From NCBI GenBank assembly GCA_905236685.1, contig CAJOPD010000058.1, positions 1 through 44,978 of the forward strand: a stretch of DNA of 44,978 bases, in the 5' to 3' direction. Both the position numbers and the translations under genes were made by a program. The notes beneath the pieces were generated by a model, which saw nothing but the letters and a program-made list of their open reading frames with translations, ran no database searches and was not told the origin of the DNA. Below, in pieces: positions 8,561-16,796 of this stretch (positions are counted from its first letter, which is position 1; every line of letters starts with the position of its first letter). Origin of the DNA: an uncultured Clostridia bacterium (lineage in GTDB: Bacteria; Bacillota; Clostridia; UBA1381).

Positions 8561-8824
8561 TTAATACCTTTATACACAGTAGAATGATCAGATGCGTTTT
8601 TTTGCTGTAAGTGATAATATTGAGATTAAACAAGGAGGGTCAGGTCCCGCATAAACTCGCCCATATCACCACTTTTTGCTCGGGGCGGTACACGCGTACA
8701 GCACCTCTCGTTTCAAAGCTGCGATCTAAACGAGTTTCTTTCAGACTTAGGTTTTGTGCCTTGACAATGCCTTGGGCATATACGCCCGCTGCATTATCCT
8801 TTGCAAGAGGGTTATTTTTATTCT

Positions 8825-8853
8825 TCATATTTTCCCGAAAATCTTCATATATT
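8825..8853 (+). promoter_or_regulatory. putative sigma-E-type sporulation promoter for spoIIID
   Basis: TCATATT (8825-8831), N14, then CATATATT (8846-8853). This compares with the B. subtilis sigma-E consensus (ATATT -35 element, CATACA-T -10 element). It lies about 30 nt upstream of the spoIIID ATG. Confidence 0.35.
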
Positions 8854-8883
8854 GTACCAATAGCTGATTTTAGGGGGATAATA

Positions 8884-9144
8884 ATGAAGGATTATATCGA
8901 GGAGCGAGTTTTGGAGCTTGCAAATTACATTCTGGAAAACAAAACTACCGTAAGAGGAGCCGCAAAAAAATATAATGTTTCAAAATCAACCGTACATAAA
9001 GATATAACCGAAAGGCTTTCGGACTTAAATCCCACACTTGCAGTAAGGGTACACGCCGTACTTGACAAAAACAAGGCGGAACGGCACATAAGAGGCGGTA
9101 TGGCAACCCGTGAAAAGTACCTGCGTCTTTCAAAAATAAAATAA
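8884..9144 (+). CDS. spoIIID: sporulation transcriptional regulator SpoIIID
   Basis: MKDYIEERVLELANYILENKTTVRGAAKKYNVSKSTVHKDITERL... is the highly conserved SpoIIID HTH protein (86 aa). AGGGGG RBS is present. The 91 upstream in-frame codons in the ORF track are rejected. Confidence 0.9.
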   Translation: MKDYIEERVLELANYILENKTTVRGAAKKYNVSKSTVHKDITERLSDLNPTLAVRVHAVLDKNKAERHIRGGMATREKYLRLSKIK

Positions 9145-9149
9145 AGCAA

Positions 9150-9194
9150 AAAACTGATAAATCGCAAATTCTCTTGTGGTTTATCAGTTTTTCT
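9150..9194 (+). terminator. intrinsic terminator after spoIIID
   Basis: AAACTGATAAA ... TTTATCAGTTT stem followed by a T-tract. The loop is long (~18 nt). Confidence 0.6.
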
Positions 9195-9330
9195 TTATAA
9201 CTTCTTTTAAAACTGTTGTAAAAAAATTGCAAATATGATATATTTGGTATGCAAGATACTATTAGGCAAATTTGTTTTTGGTGCAAAAAAGCTTTTGAAG
9301 CGGCATATCTTTATTTTTAAGGAGGAAAAA

Positions 9331-11217
9331 ATGAAAAAGAAAACATTGAGTCTTTGCGTTGCGGTATTCATACTGCTTAGTATGGCAATTATGCCTGTTA
9401 AGGCGCGCGAAGAAGAAACAGTATCGGCAACTCAGGGCACAAAAATTGAATATGCAAAAAATCGCCAAATAAAATTTGGTCAAACCTATTACTCCTTTGA
9501 CGACATATTGAATATTTACATAAACGGCTCTCTATATATGTCTGTAACACCTGAAACAGAAAATGTAGATACAATACTTTCAAAAGTCATTGATGCTTCT
9601 TTTGAGAATATTAAAATCGCAAGGAAGGATACAAATTCGTATTATAATCAGATTTATGCAGATGCTTATGAAATTGGTCAGGTTACCTCTGTTTCATTTA
9701 AAAACAGTACCGTAACCGTAAAATTTGTGCCGTCTTCCAGCAACATAAGTCAATATAAACAGATTGTTATTCAAGAAGCTGATATTGCAAACGGGAACAT
9801 AAATGTTGATGTTTCGCTTGACGGCAATCCTATCAGCCTTCTTGATATTCAAAGTGATGATATAATCGCAATAAAGACAAACATCTCCCCTTCGGCTATG
9901 AGCATTGATACCGCAAATAACAGCGATGTTACCATTCTTGTTTCAAGGGAAACCACCACGGGCAGATTAACTTATATTTCATATGAAGATAAGGAGCTCG
10001 GTTTCGGCGACACATCTTATAACGCAATTAATGAAGATATTTTCCGCAGTTTTAAGCTTGCTATGATATATAAAGATGTATGGCTTGACCCCTTTGGCAG
10101 AATTTTCGGGTTTAGAGCCGAAATAGATACAACACCGTATGCTATTTTTGTGAAGTTGGACGGTGCGGAGGTTACATTGTTTTGTTATGACGGCGTAAAA
10201 AGAACTTACACGGCTGACAATCCCTATATGTTTGAAGGTATACCCCACCTTGAAAATTCCGACGGAGTGACCGGCAATGATATTTTAGACTGTGTTGTAA
10301 CTTATGTTGCAAAGAACGGTCAACACAAAATTATCAGTATGGAAAGCAAACCTTTAAATAGTAATAATTCGACGACGATAGGCGCCGTTACTGATCCTGT
10401 AAATTACAACGAGCCTTTGAGCAGGCTTGGAGATGCACCCGTTGATGAATTCACCCATTTCATTGACACATCGTTAGCGCAGCGTCCATATAAAGAAGGC
10501 GACTATAAATGGTTTCACGCCGTAAATTACAGCAACTTGCATAGTAATGAGGAATATGCCGGTGCCGCTTACGGAGGAAACTCAACATATGGACTGAGGT
10601 ATTCTTTTGTAGTTTTTAACTATAATTCCACATCAAACGGCGAAATATTTATGCTTGCCTCCGGTCAGAAAGAAGCCCGCCGTTACAATCAAATACTTGA
10701 ACTTGAAGAAGCACCTATCAGCATTTCGGGGATTATGTATGCCCCGATAGCTACAATTGGAGGACTTCTTAAATTGACTATTGAGTATGATGTAGATACA
10801 GATAATATATCAATTACAAATGGTTCCAAAACTTTGAATTTTACAGCTGTTACAGGCGTTGGTCATAACTGCTGCATTATAAACGAACAGATGTATGCCA
10901 ATGCGAATTTTCTCGTCAACGAATTTTTGGACCCCGATTGTGAAATTGTTGAAAATAACGAACTAAGTATTATTGTCAGGAAAAGAGATAAAACACAAAA
11001 TACAATTTTAGGTGATGTAAACGGAGATGAAAAGGTAAATGCCAAGGACCTTACATTTTTTTCAAGGTATTTGGCACACTGGACCGGATACGAAACGATA
11101 GCTGAATTGGCAGCAGATGTAAATAATGACAGCAAGATAAATACAAAGGACAGCACGGTTTTAGCCCGACATATTGCGAAATGGTCGGGGTATGAGGTTC
11201 TCCCTGTTTCAAAATAA
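9331..11217 (+). CDS. secreted dockerin-containing protein of unknown function
   Basis: Start at 9331 (GGAGGA RBS) gives the signal peptide MKKKTLSLCVAVFILLSMAIMPVKA. The C-terminus (11011-11214) has two Ca-binding dockerin repeats, DVNGDEKVNAKD and DVNNDSKINTKD. I recognise no catalytic motif in the ~560-aa body. Confidence 0.8.
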   Translation: MKKKTLSLCVAVFILLSMAIMPVKAREEETVSATQGTKIEYAKNRQIKFGQTYYSFDDILNIYINGSLYMSVTPETENVDTILSKVIDASFENIKIARKDTNSYYNQIYADAYEIGQVTSVSFKNSTVTVKFVPSSSNISQYKQIVIQEADIANGNINVDVSLDGNPISLLDIQSDDIIAIKTNISPSAMSIDTANNSDVTILVSRETTTGRLTYISYEDKELGFGDTSYNAINEDIFRSFKLAMIYKDVWLDPFGRIFGFRAEIDTTPYAIFVKLDGAEVTLFCYDGVKRTYTADNPYMFEGIPHLENSDGVTGNDILDCVVTYVAKNGQHKIISMESKPLNSNNSTTIGAVTDPVNYNEPLSRLGDAPVDEFTHFIDTSLAQRPYKEGDYKWFHAVNYSNLHSNEEYAGAAYGGNSTYGLRYSFVVFNYNSTSNGEIFMLASGQKEARRYNQILELEEAPISISGIMYAPIATIGGLLKLTIEYDVDTDNISITNGSKTLNFTAVTGVGHNCCIINEQMYANANFLVNEFLDPDCEIVENNELSIIVRKRDKTQNTILGDVNGDEKVNAKDLTFFSRYLAHWTGYETIAELAADVNNDSKINTKDSTVLARHIAKWSGYEVLPVSK

Positions 11218-11227
11218 AAAAACATAC

Positions 11228-11279
11228 AAAAGGGCTTTTTATTGAATTGAATTAGTTCGCTTCAATATAAGCCCTTTTT
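11228..11279. terminator. bidirectional intrinsic terminator between convergent genes
   Basis: AAAAGGGCTT ... AAGCCCTTTT outer stem extended by an inner ATTGAA/TTCAAT pairing. It is flanked by A- and T-tracts. Confidence 0.65.
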
Positions 11280-11289
11280 AAATACCTTT

Positions 11290-12123
11290 TTATTTTAATC
11301 TTTCTACCAAATAAGGTACCGTTTTTTCAAATTCCACGCCGTACCAATGCTTATCCCTATCGGGCATAGTCACCTTGATACACTCAACCACATAATCCGC
11401 CGCAAGTTTTAAGGCTTCCTTAATATCCATACCGCGCATAATTCCGCCTATTACAACCGACGAGAAAATATCGCCCGTTCCGTGAAATTTTGCGTCAATC
11501 TTTTCATTGAAATAATAGAAAAACTCGTTCTTTTCGCTGTCGTACATAGCAACGCCCAGCTTATCGGGTTCCAAGCTTACTCCTGTCAGAACAGGCGTTT
11601 TTATGCCCATATCCGCAAATTTTTTCAAAATATCCTCGACATACTCCTTGTCATAGCCCTCCTCAACATACGGAACATCAAGCATAAAGGACGCCTCTGT
11701 AATGTTTGGAACTATAATATCTGCTTTTTGACAAAGGGTGAGCATATGATGCGCAAATTCGGGCGTAAATCCCGTATAAAGCTTGCCGTTATCCGCCATT
11801 GCAGGATCGACAAACGCAAGCGCCTTCCCGCGTTTTTTATCGATAAACGCTTTCATCAGGTCAATCTGCTCAAAGGAGCCTAAATATCCCGTATAAATCG
11901 CATCAAATTCAATTTTTTCACTGTCCCAATGTTCAAAAATCTTGGTGATGTCCTCCGACAAATCACGGAAGGTAAATCCCTTAAATCCGCCTGTATGCGT
12001 TGACAAAACCGCCGTGGGAAGTATCGCCGCCTCAACGCCCATTGCCGAAATTATCGGCAGCGCCACCGTCAGCGAGCATTTTCCAAAACAAGATATGTCC
12101 TGTATTGTAACTATTCTTTTCAT
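11290..12123 (-). CDS. pdxK: pyridoxal/pyridoxamine kinase (ribokinase superfamily)
   Basis: N-terminal IQDISCFGKCSLTVALPIISAMG and the GTGD anion-hole motif (HGTGDIFSS). Length is 277 aa. Confidence 0.85.
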   Translation of the reverse strand: MKRIVTIQDISCFGKCSLTVALPIISAMGVEAAILPTAVLSTHTGGFKGFTFRDLSEDITKIFEHWDSEKIEFDAIYTGYLGSFEQIDLMKAFIDKKRGKALAFVDPAMADNGKLYTGFTPEFAHHMLTLCQKADIIVPNITEASFMLDVPYVEEGYDKEYVEDILKKFADMGIKTPVLTGVSLEPDKLGVAMYDSEKNEFFYYFNEKIDAKFHGTGDIFSSVVIGGIMRGMDIKEALKLAADYVVECIKVTMPDRDKHWYGVEFEKTVPYLVERLK

Positions 12124-12243
12124 AATAAACCTCTCTTTCTTACAATACCTACTTAATTGATGTGCTTTATTCTAACACAGAAAGTATGTGCAGTCAAGCA
12201 TTTTGACATAAAATTAAAAAGTCGCTTTTTAGGCGGCTTTTTG

Positions 12244-12510
12244 CTACGCGTTAATCTTCGCAAGCTTCAATGCAAGCTGTGATTTTTTTCTTGCAGCGGT
12301 ATTCTTATGAAGTATACCCTGCCTTACGCCCTTGTCAAGCTTTTTAACAGCTTCGTTAAACAAAGCCTTTGCTTCATCTGCATTGTTTTCCGCAACGGCT
12401 GTTTCAAATCTTTTTACAGCTGTTTTAAGTGCTGTTTTATGCATCTGGTTGATTAAAGTTTTCTTTTCAATAACCAAAACGCGCTTTTTTGCTGATTTGA
12501 TGTTAGGCAT
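12244..12510 (-). CDS. rpsT: 30S ribosomal protein S20
   Basis: [13 protein letters not shown]... is the canonical S20 N-terminus. ATG at 12510 has GGAGGTG upstream. The ORF-track start at 12540 is rejected. Confidence 0.95.
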   Translation of the reverse strand: MPNIKSAKKRVLVIEKKTLINQMHKTALKTAVKRFETAVAENNADEAKALFNEAVKKLDKGVRQGILHKNTAARKKSQLALKLAKINA

Positions 12511-12551
12511 AAATTTCACCTCCGAACAGTTTAATAACATAATACCCGACT

Positions 12552-12580
12552 ATTCTATCACACCGAAACTAAAAAAGCAA
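12552..12580 (-). promoter_or_regulatory. putative sigma-A promoter for rpsT (TTGCTT-17-TAGAAT)
   Basis: On the minus strand, TTGCTT (12580-12575), a 17-nt spacer, then TAGAAT (12557-12552). Confidence 0.35.
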
Positions 12581-12612
12581 GCACTTTTTTAATTTTTTTC
12601 CAATATTTTTGG

Positions 12613-13101
12613 TTAATAACCCCTTGTGCCGTCAAGGCTCTCGTCATTGTCTATCCATTCCTGCACTTTGATAACCCTGAAATCGTCCTTGGTATCCCTT
12701 ATAACAACCTCGTTTATGCCTGCATTTATAACCATACGCTTGCACATTGAGCAACAGCAGCTGCCCTTTACAATCTCGCCGCTTGACATTTCCAGTCCCA
12801 CCAGATAAAGCGTTGAGCCGATAAGCTCGTTACGCGATGCGGATATAATTGCGTTCGCCTCCGCGTGCACGCTGCGGCACATTTCATACCGTTCGCCGCG
12901 CGGAATTTGAAGCTCCTGCCTGATACACACGCCTAAATCGCTGCAATTTTTTCTGCCTCTCGGCGCACCCACATAACCCGTTGAGATAATCTCGTCATTT
13001 TTTACAATTATTGCACCGTAATTTCTGCGGAGGCAGGTGCCCCTCTCCGCTACCGTCTGTGCAATATCAAGATAATAATTGTGTTTGTCGCGTCTTTCCA
13101 T
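12613..13101 (-). CDS. comEB: deoxycytidylate (dCMP) deaminase, ComEB-like
   Basis: Zinc-binding VHAEANAI and CCSMCKRM (PCxxC-type) motifs. The ATG at 13101 is preferred because AGGAG lies 10 nt upstream. Alternative starts exist at 13110 and 13119. Confidence 0.85.
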   Translation of the reverse strand: MERRDKHNYYLDIAQTVAERGTCLRRNYGAIIVKNDEIISTGYVGAPRGRKNCSDLGVCIRQELQIPRGERYEMCRSVHAEANAIISASRNELIGSTLYLVGLEMSSGEIVKGSCCCSMCKRMVINAGINEVVIRDTKDDFRVIKVQEWIDNDESLDGTRGY

Positions 13102-13115
13102 ATGTACCATTCTCC

Positions 13116-13844
13116 TCATATTATTTTTTTATAATATTCAAGCGATTTATACTGCTTATCGCTTTTGCTAAGTATATAGTTCTCGCATATCTGCGAAAGG
13201 ATTTCTTTTGCCGATTTTGATATTTCAAAGGAAAAAAGGCGTTTTGTGTCCGATTTCAATATGTATTTCATCGCCTCTTTTACATCATTTGACAAAAACG
13301 GCATAGCGGGCGTTTTGCAGGACGCACATACCGCTCCGCCCAAAACGGAAAAGGCGGAAATTCCGTCCTCTTTTCCGCATTTTACACAAGCGTCCAGGCT
13401 TGGCGCATAGCCAGAATATTGCATCATTTTAAGCTCAAATACCGCCTTTGCAACACTTAAATCAATATCCTTATATGAAATTGCATACAAAGTGTTCAGC
13501 AAAAGCGTAAGCGGCCCGCCGTCCTCTGCGGAAAAGACATCGCCTGTTATATCGAGAAAATAGTTTGCAAGGGCAAGCTTTTTCAAATCCTCTGATACGG
13601 GATAAAAAGTTTCTATCACCTCTGCTGACTCTGCACGGTAAATATCACCCCTCGTCTTTACAAGAACGAATTCCGAAAAACAAAGAGGCTGGGCTGCCGA
13701 TTTCATACGGCTTTTTTTGCCGCTCACGCCGTAAACGCAGGCGGAAACGGTTCCGAGCCCTTCCGCAAAGAGCGTCAGCATACAGTTTGATTCTGCGTAA
13801 TTTGCCCGTCTTGCGACAATTGCTCTTGTCTTGATGCAGTCCAT
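13116..13844 (-). CDS. recO: DNA repair protein RecO
   Basis: An N-terminal OB-fold-like region and a central Cys4 zinc motif (CVKCGK...CASCK). It sits in the conserved position downstream of era. Confidence 0.9.
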   Translation of the reverse strand: MDCIKTRAIVARRANYAESNCMLTLFAEGLGTVSACVYGVSGKKSRMKSAAQPLCFSEFVLVKTRGDIYRAESAEVIETFYPVSEDLKKLALANYFLDITGDVFSAEDGGPLTLLLNTLYAISYKDIDLSVAKAVFELKMMQYSGYAPSLDACVKCGKEDGISAFSVLGGAVCASCKTPAMPFLSNDVKEAMKYILKSDTKRLFSFEISKSAKEILSQICENYILSKSDKQYKSLEYYKKII

Positions 13845-13942
13845 TCCTTTTCCCTCGCATTTTTTATTTCACGGTGTAAAAGATAGGAATTTATATCCCC
13901 CGTCGCCTTAAATATATCCCACGAAACTTCTTCAAAATTCAT
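13775..13942 (-). CDS. yqzL: YqzL-like small protein (55 aa), not in the ORF track
   Basis: ATG at 13942 with AGGGGG RBS. MNFEEVSWDIFKATGDINSYLLHREIKNAREKE matches the W-x-x-F-x-x-TG-x-I-x-x-YLL pattern of YqzL. It lies between era and recO as in B. subtilis. Its 3' end overlaps recO by 70 nt in another frame. Confidence 0.5.
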   Translation of the reverse strand: MNFEEVSWDIFKATGDINSYLLHREIKNAREKEWTASRQEQLSQDGQITQNQTVC

Positions 13943-14005
13943 AAAATTACCCCCTTTTTTTAATAGGGTTGGTAATTTACTCTTAAATATACTGTAACTT
14001 TTTGG

Positions 14006-14896
14006 TTATAGCTCAAATCCAAAGCCTTTTATCATTTTTTCGCTGTTGCGCCAGTCATTTTTAACGCGTACCCAAAGCTCTAAATACACCTTTTTATCGA
14101 GCATTTTTTCAATATCACCCCGCGCACGCGTGGCAATTTTTTTAAGCATTTCGCCATTTTTGCCGATAATTATTCCTTTATGGCTTGCCTTTTCGCAGTA
14201 GATTACGGCATAAATTTTGGTTATACGGTCAAGCTCCTGCATTTTTTCAATTTCAACCGCTATGCCGTGAGGCACTTCCTTATCCAAAAACCACAAAAGC
14301 TTTTCCCGTATAATTTCCGCCGCTATCTGCTTTTCCTGCTGGTCGGTTATTTGCTCGTCATCATAGAATTTCGGCCCTTCGGGAAGGGCTCTTTTCAGCT
14401 CGTCAAGAAGGATATCAGCTCCGTCCCCCGTCTTTGCCGACATAGGTACTATCGCAGTAAAATCGCCAAGGCTTGAATAGTCGGCAATAACAGGAAGAAG
14501 CTCCTCCTTTTTCACAAGGTCGGTCTTGTTTATGACCAGCATTTTATCTGCGCCCGATTTTTCGATTTCCCGTATGACATTTCTTTCAGCTTCTGTTATT
14601 TTCTTTGTGGCGTCTGCAACAAAAACCACGATGTCAACATCATTTATTGCCTCTGATGCGGATTTTACCATAAATTCGCCCAGCTTATTATGGGGCTTAT
14701 GCACCCCGGGCGTATCGGTAAAAATAATTTGATGTCCTTTGTCGTTATAAATGGCGAGTATTCTGTTTCGTGTTGTTTGGGGCTTGTCCGAAACAATGGC
14801 GATTTTCTGCCCCGCCAAAGTATTTAAAAGTGTGGACTTGCCGACATTTGCCATACCTATTATCGCAACAAATCCCGATTTAAACTTTTTTGTCAT
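14006..14896 (-). CDS. era: GTPase Era
   Basis: G1 GMANVGKST, G3 DTPG and G4 NKTD motifs, plus a C-terminal KH domain. Confidence 0.95.
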   Translation of the reverse strand: MTKKFKSGFVAIIGMANVGKSTLLNTLAGQKIAIVSDKPQTTRNRILAIYNDKGHQIIFTDTPGVHKPHNKLGEFMVKSASEAINDVDIVVFVADATKKITEAERNVIREIEKSGADKMLVINKTDLVKKEELLPVIADYSSLGDFTAIVPMSAKTGDGADILLDELKRALPEGPKFYDDEQITDQQEKQIAAEIIREKLLWFLDKEVPHGIAVEIEKMQELDRITKIYAVIYCEKASHKGIIIGKNGEMLKKIATRARGDIEKMLDKKVYLELWVRVKNDWRNSEKMIKGFGFEL

Positions 14897-15329
14897 TTTT
14901 TCCTCCGAATATTGTAAAAATCAGCAATACGGCGCCAACCGCAAGGCACGGAATGAGAATTTTCGGCGCAGTAAATATGAGTTTTAATGTGCCGCCGATT
15001 TTGGCAATATCGCCGAAAAGGCACAATCCCACCAAAACCGAAAATACAGCAAACACCAAAACCGCCCCTGCCGCCGCGTCCTTTGCAAGCTTTGCAGACG
15101 GTTTTATTTCAGATGTTGCGGTGTCCACCGCCCGTTCTATTGCGGTATTTAAAAGCTCCGCACCGATTACCGAAGATATTGCCGTAAGCAGAACAGCCCA
15201 CTCAAAACGGCTTATTCCGTAAAAGTATGCAAAAATCGATATAAGCACCGCAATCATTATATGAAACCTAAGATGCCCTTCCCTTTTCACTGCACCCCAA
15301 AGCCCTTCTAATGCGTGGTAAAAGCTCAT
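14880..15329 (-). CDS. dgkA: diacylglycerol kinase family membrane protein
   Basis: Three TM segments and the AELLNTAIERAVD motif. It overlaps the era start by 17 nt. Confidence 0.85.
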   Translation of the reverse strand: MSFYHALEGLWGAVKREGHLRFHIMIAVLISIFAYFYGISRFEWAVLLTAISSVIGAELLNTAIERAVDTATSEIKPSAKLAKDAAAGAVLVFAVFSVLVGLCLFGDIAKIGGTLKLIFTAPKILIPCLAVGAVLLIFTIFGGKNDKKV

Positions 15330-15331
15330 AT

Positions 15332-15826
15332 CTATACCTCCTCCCGAGTTATACCGAGCATATTTAATATTTCTTCCTGACGGGCAAACATTTCCCTTTC
15401 CTCCTGCCCGTCCATATGGTCATATCCCAGTAAATGCAGCATTGAGTGAACGGTCAAAAATGCCATTTCGCGCTTAAAGCTGTGCCCGAATTCCCGAGCT
15501 TGCTCCTTTGCGCGCTCTGCGCAGATTACAATGTCGCCCAAAAGCAGATTTTCGCCGTCCATATCAAAGTCGGAATTTATAATCTCTTTGTTTTCGTCAA
15601 ATTCAAGCATAGGAAAGGACAAAACATCGGTCACGGCGTCAATATTTCTCTGCTCGCGGTTTATACTGCGGATTTCCTCTGCGTCAACTATCGTAACGCT
15701 CACCTCTGCGGAAAAATCACAGCCCTCTTCATCGAGAGTTTTCAGTATTACCTGCTCTATTGTATCCTTTATCCTGTCATCTATCGGCAGCTTGTCCTGA
15801 TTATTTTCCAGTATGATTTCTGCCAT
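15332..15826 (-). CDS. ybeY: rRNA maturation endoribonuclease YbeY
   Basis: HSMLHLLGYDH zinc-binding motif. ATG at 15826 (MAEIILENN...) is preferred. Upstream TTG/ATG alternatives reach 15856. Confidence 0.9.
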   Translation of the reverse strand: MAEIILENNQDKLPIDDRIKDTIEQVILKTLDEEGCDFSAEVSVTIVDAEEIRSINREQRNIDAVTDVLSFPMLEFDENKEIINSDFDMDGENLLLGDIVICAERAKEQAREFGHSFKREMAFLTVHSMLHLLGYDHMDGQEEREMFARQEEILNMLGITREEV

Positions 15827-16796
15827 TTTTGCGTTTTTTCTCCTGTTCATTATCAAATTTTTCGTATGCTTTTATTATCTTTTGTACCAATGGGTGACGG
15901 ACTACATCTTTTTCGGTAAGAATTGAAAACTCAATCCCCTCTATACAGAAAAGCACCTTTTGCGCGATTTTTAAGCCCGATTTTTTGCCGTCAGGCAGGT
16001 CAATCTGCGTTATATCTCCCGTTACCACCGCTTGCGAGCCGAAGCCTATTCTTGTCAAGAACATCTTCATCTGTTCAGGCGTTGTATTCTGCGCCTCATC
16101 AAGAATAATAAAGGCGTTGTCAAGCGTTCTGCCTCTCATATATGCAAGGGGCGCAACCTCAATCATACCGCGCTCCTGATACCTTGCAAAGCCTTCTCCG
16201 CCCAGCATTTCGTACATACCGTCATATAGCGGTCTTAAATACGGGTCAACCTTATTTTGCAGGTCGCCCGGCAAAAAGCCCAGCTTCTCGCCAGCCTCAA
16301 CGGCAGGACGCGTTAAAATTATTCTGCTGACCTTTTTGCTTTTCAGCGCCGTTACCGCCTTGGCTACCGCAAGGTATGTCTTACCCGTACCCGCAGGACC
16401 TATGCCGAAAACTATTGTGTTTTCGTCTATCGCCTCAACATACTTTTTCTGTCCCAGCGTTTTTGTTTTTATAGGTGCTCCCTTGCTGTTTATTGCAATA
16501 CAGTCCTCGCCAAGCAGTTTTAAATTGTCCGCCTCATTCCCGCCTGCCATTTCCATAGCGTACAGGATTTTCTGCTCGTCAAGCTTTTCGCCCCGCAATA
16601 AAATCTGCATTAAGAGGTCTACAACCTCTCCCGCCTTTTCAATATTTTCCTCATCGCCCGATATTTTTATCTGATTGTCGCGTGTTGTAATCCCAACGCC
16701 GAGCCCCTTTTCCAGCAGTTTTACATTTAAATCAAAGTCTCCGAAAAAATCTCTAAGGTCAATTTCTTCGGGAAGACTGATTATTCTTTGGTTCAA
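15801..16796 (-). CDS. phoH: PhoH family ATPase
   Basis: Walker A GPAGTGKTYLA, Walker B FIILDEAQN, and an N-terminal KH-like region. Confidence 0.9.
   Translation of the reverse strand: MNQRIISLPEEIDLRDFFGDFDLNVKLLEKGLGVGITTRDNQIKISGDEENIEKAGEVVDLLMQILLRGEKLDEQKILYAMEMAGGNEADNLKLLGEDCIAINSKGAPIKTKTLGQKKYVEAIDENTIVFGIGPAGTGKTYLAVAKAVTALKSKKVSRIILTRPAVEAGEKLGFLPGDLQNKVDPYLRPLYDGMYEMLGGEGFARYQERGMIEVAPLAYMRGRTLDNAFIILDEAQNTTPEQMKMFLTRIGFGSQAVVTGDITQIDLPDGKKSGLKIAQKVLFCIEGIEFSILTEKDVVRHPLVQKIIKAYEKFDNEQEKKRKNGRNHTGK

Noticed and set aside
8638-8647. GGTCAGGTCC, reminiscent of the SRP RNA domain IV 5' strand
   Set aside because: The obligatory following GGAAGGAAGCAGC motif and the symmetric-loop partner are absent, so this is not an SRP RNA. 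I also looked for T-box, tmRNA, cobalamin, c-di-GMP and Mn-riboswitch landmarks in 8561-8824 and did not find them.
8611-8883. 91 in-frame codons upstream of spoIIID in the 177-aa track ORF
   Set aside because: The translation (…RLRFCALTMPWAYTPAALSF…) is not protein-like. SpoIIID homologues are ~85-95 aa and start at MKDYIEERV. A good RBS precedes the ATG at 8884.
9235-9330. Upstream start for the dockerin protein
   Set aside because: The 32 extra residues precede a textbook signal peptide, which itself follows a GGAGGA RBS at the 9331 ATG.
12180-12243. Possible terminator hairpin downstream of rpsT (GTCGC-N7-GCGGC)
   Set aside because: The stem is only 5 bp. On the transcribed (minus) strand the G-T pair becomes a C-A mismatch, so this is too weak to call.
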